Assembly (NCBI GenBank): GCA_051362555.1
Contig: CM120643.1
Span: 1,922,001-1,986,000, forward strand
Origin: Lingula anatina
Lineage: Eukaryota > Animalia > Brachiopoda
Direction of reading: 5' to 3'
DNA: 64,000 bases
Shown here piece by piece: positions 1 to 14,118 of the stretch (the first letter of the stretch is position 1; each line of letters opens with the position of its first letter). The position numbers were made by a program, and so were the translations under genes. The notes beneath the pieces are model-generated. The model did not search any database, was not told the origin of the DNA, and worked only from the letters and a program-made list of their open reading frames with translations.

Positions 1-136
1 GGATGAACTGATTGTCAGGGTTCCGACTGTGTGTTCAGCTGAACTTTCCTTTGATGTATTTTGTACTTGGTGTGCAAAACGGGTGGGGATATTATGTAAG
101 GGGATAGGAGTATCTGGAAAAGTGTGTGAATATTTG

Positions 137-141
<5 letters not shown>

Positions 142-170
<29 letters not shown>
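142..170. repeat. (GA)n microsatellite
   Basis: Pure GA run. It explains the RERE stretch in ORF 29..238. Confidence 0.9.
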
Positions 171-173
<3 letters not shown>

Positions 174-2050
174 ATGACGAGAAAGTAAAAAACTGGCGTA
201 TATCAGGTACCCTGTATTTGACTAAAACTAACCAGTAAAGGGGTCGTTTTCAAAATCAGAGATGGCTCTCGTAGAAAAACAAGTAATCTATATATAAGTT
301 CATGCGATACAAGTTCTTTTACTTCAAACGGAAATCTGTTTTCCAAACACCTTCCACGAAACTTTCATAACATTCGTACAATCATTAAACCATGCTGCAT
401 TAAGTCCAGGCGGAACGGAACAGCGTGAAACAATTTTCCAATAACATGATTAATACCAATATAATTTAAATTGAATGAACGATTATCAAGGAAATTCCAC
501 TTTACTTCGCTGATTTCACAAAACAAGGCTATTACTAATACATTTCTGCTTACTGCGCTGACACGGTGAAATACGTTGCCCTTACATTAGTGTGATTCGT
601 GATATTTGAAAGATCAAAGAGTAGTAAATGTGAAATATATGTTCTCAGAATTATCCAATTGCTTAGGAAGCCATATGGAGTAATAGATGAGCAGAAACAT
701 ACGACACACGCACCGTCCCAAAATTATTTGTGAGACTTAACGGTATAATACGTATTCTAAATTGAGCAGATGAGCTGCTATTAATTGCGTCAGTTATATT
801 TTATGGAAGGCATGTGTGCTTAAGCAAGCCTACTCTCAGACTAATAATATTTGAACTTGAGGATAACGTTTTTCATCTCTTTTTGGGGCAAAAATCTCTC
901 GGTGGACAGTACAGAAACGTGTCCAGAAATGTGTTTAGTTAAAAATCTATATAGTGAAATATTCTCTGTGACCCTGTCTGGGGAGAGCTTAGGACAGTTG
1001 TCTCTTTAATGTAGTAGATACGTATCTGAAGCACTCTGCAAGTTAAGAGCGTCAGTAAATATTGGAAACGTAATTAATTAATTAATTACCTAATGACCGC
1101 GTTCTATTTCATGAATTTATTCAAAGTGCGGGTCAATGAAAGTGAAACAGTCATCTTTATAAGAAACATCACCGCTAATTTCCCTCTCTGAGGTCAAGGC
1201 GTCAAGGCTATGGTCGATTATGAGACTTCATAATTAAGATAATAATACACGCCATCGTCCTAACATCTTAATGGGTCAGTATTTAACACTATATCCTCAG
1301 GGTGCTAAACGTGGCCAGGGGTAAGAGATGAGACGCTTATAATAGACTTATTATCTAGTGCATGAAACACTCCTGGGAAGCGCTTAATAGAGACATCGCT
1401 ACCAGTGAAGCCCTTTTGATATCCAGTGCCCTGCTGAAGTGCCTGCCTTTTCAAATTCGTTTATTTCGTATTCATGTCCTAGTTTATCTGGCAGAAGGGG
1501 GAGGAGACGCTGAACCCGACATAAAACCGTCACACACCTTGGTGACAATTATAGATTGCTGAGCACTTTTATCACAAACAGCCATCACCGCCGAATCTGA
1601 TAAATATCATTCGTTGGACGTAGTGCTAGTCGTCCGGCTCAGAAGAGTTTGATGATATTTCAGTCTCTTATTTTAAAATAACACCGTGCTGCATATACTA
1701 GGTTGCATGAACTGTCCACATTTTTTTCTCACATTTGCACTGGAAACGGTGTTGAATATTTCATCAAAGGACCTCTGCGTGTAAAAGAAACTCATGAGTT
1801 CTACCGTTATAAAAACACAATACTTAGTCTACACAGTGCATGCAATTACGAAAATTGCAGTTCTAGGAAATTAACACCCGAGAATACGATACGAAATTGT
1901 CTAATTGGGTAAATATCCGTTATAAAGTTTGCTCATATCAATCAATGACTTGCAGCAGAGAACATACATGTACATAGACACTAAAGGCCTGCCATACTGT
2001 TTCTGTGAAAGGAGATGGATGCCATGAAATAAATGACCAGCTGGCATTAA

Positions 2051-2087
<37 letters not shown>

Positions 2088-5000
2088 CCCAGTTGCGTCA
2101 ATCGAGAACCATTTCTGGCACGCTAGGTGCTAACGGTGATATCAGAATTTTTATGCTCTTTCAATATAAAGTTCTGTGACCGTGCGTGTTTTTACGTGTG
2201 TCTGCATGCACGCACCTGCGTCCCTTATTTTATGACCACAATCCATGCTTGTTTGTTACTATCTGTCTCGACTCCCCTCCCCTTAGGCTCTACATGTATG
2301 ATAAAATAAAACGAGGTGGGACTATGTAAAATGTACAGAGACAAAGATAGCATCACTTTGACATATGAATTTATGACATGGACATCAAGAAGACGACAAC
2401 TGTCCATGAATAGAAAGGATCGCTTTGTATGTGTTATTTAATACAGAAAGTTACGACCAGTGTACAAGACAGGCAGAGACAGTTGGATACAACGATATGG
2501 TTTGATTTACGGTGCCCGCAAGTCAATGTCTATTCTGTAATTATATTTATCCGAAACAAAGATGGCGTTTTCAGGGGCGGTTGAACACAATGCCTTCACA
2601 GTTGTCTAACTACTGGGCCCAACAAGCTTTTACTTTAAAGCAGTAAATATGAAAGAAAATCATTTAAGTTCAGTCCATTCCCATTCAGAACCAAGCATTT
2701 GTTTCTTTACAAAATGGTGGACTTTTTTCCATGTGTTCAAGACCGTATCATGCGGGAAATGGATGTTGTTGTTTTGTATCTCTTTATCTATCGCCTTGCA
2801 ACACCGGACTTTTATTTTGTAGATCTCAATATTCCATCAGATAAAAGGAGTTAACTAGCAGAAACACAGATAAACTGTACACAGCAAATTATCGAACCGA
2901 AATGACCCTTAACGTTTTTCTCTACAAGGTGCTGGGATCTACTTGGTACTGAGATCAGATTAGGACCAGAAGAAGATAAAATTCTCGTCCTTTGGCAACA
3001 ATCTACATACTTTCAACAGAAATATATCTATCCTTTTCGATTCACTGCCTATATTTTTTGCAGACTGCAGCCCCATTACATTTCTAGCTAGATGAAAATA
3101 TTTTTATAGAAAGAAAATGACATATTTGTTTTATTTGCCTATACTATCTGCTCCCTCCCCGCCCCCCTGGTAGAGGGTAGATACGGACTGAGCTCGACCA
3201 AGGACGTATATTATACACACATTATACGTCCTTGCCTCGACCAAGTGCTATCTTCATGAATAGCTACAGTGTAGCTCTCAGCACAGGCGGCAGACCGTGG
3301 CTCGTTAGGCTGCTACGTGTTCCGCTGGCTGGATATCTCCTTCAAGGGTTCACTGGCGGACATTGGTGCCGTTATGTGAGAGTTAATCTGTTGGAACTGG
3401 CCGGACCCGTGCTTAATGACCCGAGCCGAGTTTTAAAAGCTATGTGTGTACAGACACGACCACTTTTAGGCTCGAAAAACGGTCTTAACCCCGTTACTTG
3501 CCGAATAGTTATTATTAGGATAACAACGCAAGAAAACATTTCACCTTAGGAGCATTTTCCCGATAAAAATTTCTACACAGACTGTTACTGAGGCAGCGTT
3601 GCTGGTCGTGTCAGATATTTGACAAATACACACAACTTCAGATTCATATGTTAGGGAGATAACAAACACCACGTGATGGAGACTATTCTTTAATCACACC
3701 CAAAATGTCGGACAGTCTTCTAACATTTCTTCTCTCTATAGTTCAAAGCACTATCCGATTTCGGTGCTTAAAATATCACATTAAACTCAACCTTGGTTCA
3801 GACAATGAAGGCACATGAAGTGATACTCGCTGGCTATTGTGTTACTACACAAGGCAGATCTAGTTTAGAAAACCAGTTCTTATAAATACAAATATATATT
3901 CCATACCGACCACTTAACAATAATCTGCCGACTTCCAACTTCAAACTTGTCAAAAAAACGACTTTAGAAAAAAGCCCTTAAGATAAAAGGCAGACATGTT
4001 CTTTGAAGTTTCGGTACTACTAACGAATACAGTCATAGGCAGCGCAAAAGAAAAATATGTATGTTAAAACGTCTGAAGCGTTTCGCTTTACTTGTTAAGT
4101 AAAGAAGGCGTATGCCTGGTATCACGAACCGTAGCGGCCCACCTTTCTGTAGATACGCTAGGAAAGTATGGGCTTTAACGCAAAGAATGTGATAAATACG
4201 GTGCATATTTAGATCTCAGTGAACTGACACATTAATATACCGGTAGAGCAGGTAATATATTTCAGGTGTTCTGCAAAGTTTAATGCAACATCCAGCTGCA
4301 GCAGCAGGCAATAGACATATACGTGAATTATACAGCAAAAGAACATTCTTATCTTCCTTCTAGCTGGTAAAATTATTTTCAGTCTGGACGAAGACCATGA
4401 CTCAAATGCGCTTAACCTATTTAAAACTTCAATGTTGTTAATATACACCACTAATATATATTTTCTATATCTATACTGCCAGACGCTCAGGTGTTTTTCA
4501 CTGAAAGAAGAGCTTATCATCAAAACTTCGTTCTTTGCGTGTAACACATCTCTCTAGTTTTCCAACACAAAAAATTGACAAAAATTAAGAGGAGTAAGTC
4601 CGTAAACTACCCAGAAGTTATCTTCACTGAGGCAATACAGTTGCTAGAACAAACATCAGGAACCGGAGTCGTTACGACACACAAAATTCCCTTAAATATC
4701 TAAAATATGGCCTTGTCTACAAGATCTTGTATAATTCAATCTTCGGGTTACACGGGGCAGGATCTTGAGTGTTTACTTATATCGATGTTTGTGTATAACT
4801 TGAGAGATATTAGGGTTCTTCAACAATGCCGGGATTAATGTCAGAATCATGCACACAACATGTGAAAAATATTTCGTTTACATTTCTTCTCGAGGAGTTT
4901 GCATTTCAGATAGGTTAGAAAGCCGAGCCCGTAAGGCGAAAGCTCTATTTAACAGCAAAAGACGCTGTCGTTCTCCTCTGCATCTCGCTACTCTGTCTTT

Positions 5001-7201
5001 TTGAAGTTTAATGTTCTGCTTCTTCGGTGTACGTTTTAGCCCATGCTTAGTCAAATTTATGGCGTAAATACAAGAAAAAAAAAAACCGTAAAGGGAAGAC
5101 AGACCCCACTTTAAAAACGCGGAAGGAACGGTGCATTTAGCTTTAACTGCGGTCGTAATGGATGTTCAAATTGCTATAACCGCATTATTTTTGTGAGTAA
5201 AAACATTAGGGCGCATTAGGAAGTAGATGGAGGTCATTTTTGAGCGGTGTTTACATAAGCGGCGTAGATATTGTTCTTTACTACCTAAACTGTAGGAACA
5301 CGCGAGGTAATTTGACCCGGACCTCTTCATTTCCTCGCTCATGTCATTTTATACTCTTTTTTTTCAATGTCTAAATTGTTGAAAGGCATTTGGTACTGGC
5401 ACTGGTGATGTAGCCAAATGGGATATTGGGTGAGAGAGAGAGAGGTGGAGGGAGAGAGAGAGAGAGAGAGAGGTGGAGGGGTGGAGGGGCGGGGAAAGGG
5501 GGGGCTACAAAACATTATTACATCAATTCAGTCAAATGATGGCATCATCTGAAACAACACCTCAAATCAATATTCTAAACTACGCGTTTTGCATTTAGGA
5601 AGTCTCGGATAATAAGAAGATACAGCTAATAAGCTTCTTTTATTACGATTTTATCAGGTTTGATTTTTGATTAAAAAATGAATAATTATAATGAAAAAAA
5701 CTGAGCCACTTAACCCGGCGACTCCAATCACAGTGTTTCTCGCATTTACCTTGTTTAGAATACAGGCAGGTGCTTGCATGGGATGACGTCGAGTAATCCG
5801 AACCACTAATTAACAACGGTTAACGTTATTCCAGGCCAGGTGATAGAAAACTTAAAATCAACACCTGTGTAAGCGATTCTTCAGAACTGTTATACAAGAA
5901 GGTATGCACCATATGCAACAGGGGGCATAAATAATAAGATGTGGCAGATTTATATTTGTAACAACTGCTGCAGCGTATCTGTTATTCCTTTTGCACAGTT
6001 TTTGCAACTACCTAAACTTGCTTAAATGAGAGAGAGAGAGATACAGAGAGAGAGAGAGAGGGAGAGAGAGGGAGAGAGAGGGAGAGTGCGTGTTATATGT
6101 CTGAAGATCCGTATCAAGAGTAGACAGAAACACCTTCCTCTCTTTTTCTCCAACAACAATACAGAGTTTCAAAAAGTCTACAATTAAGATGGAGCCAACA
6201 GCTGCCTTTGCTTGGCTCTCGTGTTTATTCTGCCTTCCTGAGAAAACAGACTTTAAAACAATGATAACAAGACAAAAACACCTGATATACGCCATGATGG
6301 AAAAGAAATCCTTCACGGTGAGAACCTCTCTGATCCTGACCAGAGATTAACGTGCCACAGGAAACACAATAATTACCGTTGACAGTTTTTTTGTGATATA
6401 AATCTCAACTTGTAAATCTTCTGTTTCACTTCAGTCATCCCTTCTACAGATGTAAACTAGAGATTCTCTGTAAAAATACACAAGACTTTTTTTAACTTAC
6501 TGTTTTTCGTCACAACAGTATTTTGCAGTTTTAAAAGATAGCTTCGTATTTTTTAACCTTTACATTCGCTTACAAAAACCAATCTAAGATTACCTAACTG
6601 AAGTAACCCCCATGAATAATCTCTTCAACTAAATTATTTCAAACAGAATATCTTACAAAACAATGTTTGGATATTAGCACGTCGAATTAGTGCACATAAG
6701 CACCACAGCGATGCCGAGAAATTTTCCCCATTCTTTTAAGAAGCGGTCACCGTGGCAAGTCGACAGTTTCTGAAAAAACGCATTTTAATTACTTACACGT
6801 TTTTCACGGGAGGAAAGGGTATATAAATTCGGGATTTCAGACTTAGATGAACATGTATGACATTGGAATGTTTTTCTCATGCTGAAAAAGAAGCCAGTCA
6901 TTCCAAACAGACAGTTACAAAGCGCATTGCATGGTGCGTCATGAAAGCTGCGAGAATGAATACAGACGGAAGACGTATTATACCAATAGAATGAATAAAT
7001 CGCAAAACGTAAAATCGTTGTGAAAATGACAATATCACGTGATGACAAGGCATAAGTTTGTAATCTTCCTTTGGATGACAAATAACCCTGCGTTATAGCG
7101 CTACTGAATAACACATACCATGACACTAACATTTCCATACCAAAGACGATAGAAGTATTAAGCAAGCACCTTTAAGTGAAACCTTTAAGACAATTGGGGG
7201 G

Positions 7202-7253
<52 letters not shown>

Positions 7254-8337
7254 AGGATTTGAAAGAGAGTGATAGAGAGAGCATGGGATGAATATAAAGG
7301 CCAGAATGAACTCCAAATTAGAAAAGGTAAAGTAAAGGCAGCCTGGAAGAGAACAATGGGATAGCAAGGTAATAACCCACCGAGAAACCTTGCTCTCTCC
7401 GTTAATGTGATACGACAAACAAGGCTTAATCAGGTTTCAACCGGGCAAATAAAGGTCTAAAAGCACCACACCATGAAAAAAACATGACTTCTTGGAGGTG
7501 GCGGACTCTTGTTATAGGCAATAGATATCACGTCTGACCGGGGCACAGTGTGTCCGAATAAGATTGTCCGACTGGTGATCGGTAGTGACCCGTGTTTTGT
7601 ACCGTATGTGGAATATCGATAAATGTAAACCACGTTTTTCCTTGTTTTTGATCTCGACGTTCAGAGTAATGACGTATTACCCTGCCAAGCATGCTGGTTA
7701 AAACAATAAAGTCATCAAGACAAAAAGTGAAAACAGGAAGAGCCTTGCCAAGCATGGAAACAAATTGGTTTGGGTAACTGACCCTTAGGATTGAGACCTT
7801 AACCGCACCACACAGTTACAAACTCTCTTCTTTTTCTTTCTTTCTTTCTTTCTTTGAAAAAAAAAGCAAAAAAAAAAAGTTCGAGCATTCACATTGGGCC
7901 AATATAGAAATCACCAGAACAGAAGACCCGAGGACAAAAGGCAGGTGCGATAGCAGACTCCAAACACTGTTTCTATATTTCGGACGGGTCTTGGGGGGGA
8001 GACAGAGAGTGTGTACACGCAGGATACGAGGGGGGGGGGCAGGGGGTGCCCTCTACCAGAGTCACAGATTAATTATGGGCACTTTTCTCTAACACTGTGG
8101 AGAAATGTGCCAGGAATTAGCCAGAGACATATCTGTGGTCGTGATAGAGAGTAGGAAGGTGATGGGTACCCCCTTCCAGGGTCACAGGTTGATTTTGCAG
8201 TAGATAATCACAGATATGCACATAATTAATCTGCAGTCCTGGTTGAGGGTAGGAGGGGGGTATGGGAGCGTGACACATGGCCTACTGAGTGGCATGACAC
8301 AATGGTCATTATTCAATGGTCAGTGTACAGTATATAC

Positions 8338-8410
8338 TGGTCAGTATACAGTGTCCAGTTTATAATGGTCAGTATACAGTGTCCAGTTTATAATGGTCAG
8401 TATACAATGG
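8338..8410. repeat. 28-bp minisatellite, ~2.5 copies
   Basis: Unit TGGTCAGTATACAGTGTCCAGTTTATAA repeated head to tail. Confidence 0.8.
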
Positions 8411-9430
8411 TCAGCGTCCAGTGGCCAACATACAGATTACAGAGTCAAGAGGCAATGTCGTCGGACATGAAATAGACCGTATCTCAGCCTCATTTGTCAA
8501 ATACCCCGTAGATTATCTTATAAGCGCGGTCTCTTTAACCTAGGCTGTGCACTGAGCAGGCTTCCCACGAAGCATCTCTATATTGTTTTAATCACGTTTG
8601 AAATAAAGGTCTTTATGAGCCTGGTGTCATCCTTAATGACGGAGATAAATGGCTTTTTAATTATTAATAAGATTCAGGATCAAATCGGAGACGCTGCTTA
8701 GAGAGGTTTGTCTTTAAGGTATAACGTCTTGCCAAAATTTTATTTCTAATGCATGGGATATGATAACACGTGAGGAAATCATTTTGATAAAAAATAAACT
8801 CTTCATCCAAGCAATATCATACAAATCATGTAGGCCACTTTGCAAAATAACCGGATGTACTCTGAAACTGTCCTTGTTCAAATTAAAATCTTTTTTTCAG
8901 CATCTTTACTCAAGAAATGAAATGCTACGACCCACGTTTGAAAACGATCATAATGTGGTTTATATCTTATAAACATCCTTGTTCAAAACACCGATTTCCT
9001 CTGACTCAAACCTTCCTTTTTTCGCAATCTCCTTTTTTGTTTTTGTTTTCAAATATATACAACCATCCATTCAACTATAATTTAATTAAGCCCAATGATT
9101 CCGGGTCTGCGGTAACTTCCGATGGTGTATATAATAAAGTGAACGATGCCCAAATCTTTACAACTTCTTGCTTAAAAGCAGTATGATGGCAGCTTCACTG
9201 GATATGTCCCGGTTTGTTAATTAGATTACACGCTGTTTATGTCAAAACACGGAACTAATCAGGGTTAATTTGGGATTGAGCAGGAGAGGGATCGGCTTTG
9301 TCCAGATTGAGGATCTTGCTGTTTATTTCCAGCCTTCATTGATCAACATCTGTTACACTTTCCTCGTTTTTTCTTCATGAAGTGTGGCTTATTCAGCCAT
9401 AAATAACTTCTATTACTCAAATTCATTTAA

Positions 9431-9484
<54 letters not shown>

Positions 9485-10042
9485 TCTAACTCACTATATG
9501 GAGGACGCACGCACTCGGAATAAAAAAAAACATTATGCAGGCTCGCGAGAAAAAAATCAGGAGGAATAAAATGTAATCTGGGTCACACGCAAGTTTGATT
9601 TCAGTTTTCCTTTCACACCTGTGTTGTCACGCTGACATATAAACCTTGACAAACTCCCCTACGGTAATTATCCCTAAATTTCAAACAACGCATTGCAGTT
9701 CACGTACTTTACTTTTTAAAGATTCATCACTTTGTTCTACTATCTAAAATGGAATTTTTTCACTGAATTGAACACGTTTTAACACGTGTTATTCTCAACA
9801 CAATGTTTTACAGACATCATTCTAAATATTTTATTTGAATATATTGAGCAATTACCTTTCCCGACATTCTCAATCCTCCTGTTATATTCTCACACCCATG
9901 TGTATAGTATAATAGCCAGAATATACAGCTATTTACGTGAGAACAGAAGGCTATAGGGCGGTATTCTGTATATAAATGTATACATATACATGTAAGTCTA
10001 CACCAGAGGCCACAGACAGTGGCGGTATACGTGGCTTACCTA

Positions 10043-12447
10043 AAGGCTGGGTCACACTGCGCTTGCAACCTTTTGGCAACCTCTTTGCAACCTCAGTCGC
10101 AAGGAGGTTGCCATAGGTTTTAAATTGGTCGCATTAGGTTGCAAACAGGTCGCCTGCGATCGTTGACACACGAAGGCCATTTTTTTGGCACCGACAACCA
10201 GTGCGACTGATAATGAAAACGATTGGTAACTGAGAGGTTGCCTATAGGTCTCCTCTTGGTTGCCAGTAGGTCGCTGTAACCAGACTAAAACCAGTCGCAT
10301 ACCACCTGTAACTGCACGGTCGATTGACGGTCTTTTGTCGCTTAGTTGCAAACAGGTTACTAACCGGTTGCAAGCGGTGGGCAGCAGCTCGCAAGGAGGT
10401 TGCAGTTGAAACTTCATGGTCGATTAACGGTCTTTAGTCGCTTGGTCTCTAACAGGTTTCTTACAGCTCGCATGCACTCGAAAACATGTCGCGAGAAGGT
10501 CGCAAGCAACCGTGATAAAATAAGCGTAGGATGGTGGCCACTAAATATATAAATATATTTTTCATTTATATCATGCCATTAAGGCTTTCTAAATACCTTG
10601 ACAAAAATCGTTATTTCTCAATTAAAACGTAGATTGTATTTGTTGTCATCCTTTTAAATTTATTTAGAAGGTTTTCATAAGTATTTTTTTTCAATAAAAT
10701 AAATAAATGTATGAGTCCCTATCAGCCACCATACTTGACTAAAAGTGTTGTAAATAGAAGCCGCTGAGCCCGTGTCTTCAGTCCCCAGTATGTCATCCAA
10801 CAGCGTGGGAAGGGTGGCCAGAATGTATTTTGAGAAAGCAAATGCCCGTGAAGAATGTTCTTCACAAAGTTCCAACACAGACTCTGCTTCCCACGAAGAG
10901 GATCAACCGAAAGATGATGAACGCGGAGGAGACAGGGAGCCTAAATTTACTATTAAAGAGGAAGAAGAATTAGTTGATTTTTTTTAAGGTTTTTCTATAA
11001 CCAACAATTGAAAGACTTTAAAAACAAATCAAATAAAGTGCCAAAACAATCAATAATGATTATCACAATGTAAACGATAAACTGTTATCTTTTTATCCAT
11101 TCCTATATCATGGCTAATTTTTGACAACTATTGTTGTCAAATCTACTGGAAACATTTTTAATGACTAAAGCAGCCGGAAATATCTTACTTTTTAATTTGC
11201 CAAGTCATAATTTGCCAAGTCACAATGGAAGAAAAATTAAGCAAATAGGCGGGCGCAGAGAAAAAAGTAAATAGCAAAGTTTGATTCATACTTTTTACAA
11301 TAAATTTAATTGTCAGGCATTTTTATAACAGTAAAACAGTGTCACCAATATAAAGAAGGTCAAATAAATACAAATTAACTTCCTCCCAGTACTTAGAATT
11401 CGTACCACAAGGACGGAAACAAATTGATGACGCGCAGGATCCTTCACTATTTAAAGATGTTGTATTGTAAGTGTAACGCTTGGGGCTACAAAGACAAAGG
11501 GAAAACCACACAATCGGTCGCAAATCAGTTGCTAAGCAGTCGGCGACCTTTTAGCAACCGGTTGGATACCACAAATAGGCTTTTCGGTCGCCAGGAGGTT
11601 TTCGGTGCTGCACCGAAAACCGGCGCGACCGGATAGTAACCCAGCGTTCATTTGGAGACCACTTTGCGAGTTGTTGCAACTTGTCGCCCACCTTTCTGCA
11701 ACCGGTGACAGTTGCAAGTCGCAAGGAGGTTTTATGTTCAGTGTGACCGTAACTGCACAGGCCTTGCGACCTCAAAGATACCAAGTATTGAAAAAAAAAC
11801 TATGCATGCCTATTATTACATTAATAAGGCTGAAAAAACATCCAAATATGTGTTTTATTACACCACTGGTTTGATATAAATGCCAATATATAGTACAAAT
11901 ATATTTCTTATTTATTATTGTAAGTTTGACAATATTGGTAGTACAGAAATCGACTGTGACGTTATAACAGAATCTCATAGCAGAATCATACTTTAATATT
12001 CAAAATATTAAATCATTTGAAGCTGCTACGGAACGGATCCAATCGTTGTATAATAATGTTTAAAATATTCCCTCTGTTGTCATCCGAGAGGGAAATTTAC
12101 GAGAAGGTAGCTATCGTCACAACTTATAAAATATATATAGTCTGTGCAACCTTGCTGCTACCAGTTGGCAAGCGATCGCTACAGTCCTGCAACCGGTTTT
12201 CAGTCTCCAAGTGGTTGCTGACAGGTTGTTTATCGCTCGCCTAACGGTGTGCGACTGGTAACCTCTGACTTGAAGATTGTCTGTAAGAGGTTGCAGATAC
12301 CATACTGTAACCTTGTTGCAACCGGTTAGCAACTGCTTGCCGATCAAAATATGCAAATTAGGTCGCAAAGTGATCGCAAGCGACCACCAGATTTTGTGGT
12401 TGCAAAGAGGTTGCCAAAAGGTTGCAAGCGCAGTGTGACCCAGCCTT
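10043..12447. mobile_element. Non-autonomous PIF/Harbinger-like DNA transposon (~2.4 kb)
   Basis: Perfect 50-bp TIRs AAGGCTGGGTCACACTGCGCTTGCAACCTTTTGGCAACCTCTTTGCAACC at 10043-10092 and 12398-12447, flanked by TA on each side (or TAA/TTA if the ends are shifted by 1 nt). Many subterminal GTTGCA/GTCGCA motifs and an internal MADF/Myb-like relic. Confidence 0.85.
10790..11040 (+). pseudogene. Relic MADF/Myb-SANT DNA-binding ORF of the Harbinger-like element
   Basis: Acidic stretch, then FTIKEEEELVDFF*, then after a frameshift FYNQQLKDFKNKSNK. This matches the start of MADF/SANT-like domains typical of the Harbinger second protein (family knowledge, no HMM run). Confidence 0.55.
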
Positions 12448-12772
12448 TAGATATCTATTTTCATAACATATAAAGCAGATAATGGAGGAGCAACAATCGC
12501 AGTTTGATGTAACACCTGCGTGTTTATGGAAGGAAATTCCATCGCCTTTGTAGGTTTATTATTCCTCGCTCACCTGAAGGGCGACTGAACAAGTTAAAGG
12601 GTATTCTAAATAGGTCCACTGCAAGACACAAAGACATCAAATGGGAGTTGGGTAACTTTTAATGCTCCGGTTGGGTGGGGGGATTATTAACCTTAGGTTA
12701 TCTACTAAATCAAGTCCATGAAACTTGTATCCAGTCCCGTCCTAGGTATGACGATCCAGGGAGGTACTATAA

Positions 12773-12987
12773 CACCCCATTCTCATAGATTAGATCGACC
12801 TACATTGGATCGACCTAACTCCCTGGGGGTTCACGCTAAATAGCTGTCAGCCGGGCGGACACGAAAGTTAATTACCCCTTAAAGCTTGTAGTAGGCGGGG
12901 ACGGACACTTAAGGGGGATTATCTGACAGTAATCTAGTGAGACTCCCCGCGGTGATAGATCGATCTAAAAGTTGTGAGAACAGAGCC
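12773..12987. mobile_element. 215-bp Tourist/Harbinger-type MITE, copy 1
   Basis: Reverse complement of 24063-24277, same length. Flanks TAA/TAT. Confidence 0.75.
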
Positions 12988-13631
12988 TATGATGAAGATA
13001 TCAATCTTTGGCTTTTTTTTCAATTCAAACATCTATGTTAGAATACACCAAATGTATCTAGAAGCTAGAAAAGGAGATGCATTCTTCTGATTTTTATCTT
13101 TGGTACAACTACTAAAAAGCCTAAAATATATTGGACGTCCATATAAAACTCCTACGGTATAAGGGGGGAGGGGGCTCTAATATACCCGTACTTGTACTTT
13201 TCCAGTCATCTTACATTTCCGTGTCTACTCAGACACTTCAGAGTACTGATAGATAGAGGTGGAGGGGGGGGGGGGGGGGCGGCGGCACTGGTTGCCACAG
13301 TAAATATGTAACGACTGGCAGTGTGTGTGTGTGGTATAGACGAGGTGAAAGGGTCGAGCTATTGATCTGAACAAGCCTTACCGTTAATCGAACTGCTTTC
13401 ACCTCCGAGGCATCGTAAGCGAACCACTTTTATCTTATTCTGGCTCGAGATTGGCTAAATGGAGGAGGATAGCGACTGGAATTGATCTCAATTTCGCTGA
13501 AATTAGTTGAAGACTCCAGAGAAATTTAATTTGCAGTTCATGCAGGATCACTTTATACAAACACAGTCTCGTGCGGTCTAGACGGACTTTTTGTTTCAAG
13601 TTAATAGTATTATCCGGTCCTCTTTAGAGCG

Positions 13632-13787
13632 TCTCTCTCTCTTTCTCCTTTTCCTTCCGTTCATTCTCTCTCTCTCTCTCTCTCCTTTTCCTTCCGTTCA
13701 TTCTCACACTCTCTCTCTCATTTTGTCTCTCTCTCTCTCTCTCTTTCCGTTCATTCTCTCTCTCTCTCTTCTTCTGTTCATTCTCTC

Positions 13788-13824
<37 letters not shown>

Positions 13825-14076
13825 TTCCGTTCATTCTCTCTCTCTCTCTCTCCTTCCGTTCGTTCTCTCTCTCTCCCTCTCTCTCTCTTTCCGTTCATTC
13901 TCTCTCCTTCTGTTCATTCTCTCTCTCTCCCTCTCTCTCTCTCTTTCCGTTCATTCTCTCTCTCTCTCTCTCTCCTTCCGTTCATTCTCTCTCTCTCCCC
14001 CTCTCTCTCTCTCTTTCCGTTCATTCTCTCTCTCTCCTTCTGTTCATTCTCTCTCTCTCTCTCCTTCCGTTCATTC

Positions 14077-14115
<39 letters not shown>
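13632..14115. repeat. CT-rich compound minisatellite, unit ~TTCCGTTCATT(CT)n
   Basis: Directly visible. Produces the spurious SL-rich and ER-rich ORFs at 13591-14190. Confidence 0.9.

Positions 14116-14118
<3 letters not shown>

Noticed and set aside
3232-3549. 105-aa GC-richer ORF
   Set aside because: Non-ATG start, no domain and no splice context. It looks like a fragment of an interspersed repeat.
4920-4948. Hairpin GAGCCCGTAAGGCGAAAGCTC resembling hammerhead stem II plus GAAA
   Set aside because: No CTGANGA box upstream. More likely the terminal palindrome of a Helentron-type repeat.
6270-6345. Minus-strand IREVLTVKDFFS as a possible later PX exon (V..FF motif)
   Set aside because: Weak acceptor, no convincing donor, and no intervening exon found, so it cannot be distinguished from chance.
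10052-12368. Cluster of overlapping ORFs rich in Q, L, V, A and T
   Set aside because: They arise from the repeated GTTGCA/GTCGCA subterminal motifs of the DNA transposon.
13382-13497. Minus-strand AG...GTAAGG interval as a PX-gene exon
   Set aside because: Stop codons in all three frames.
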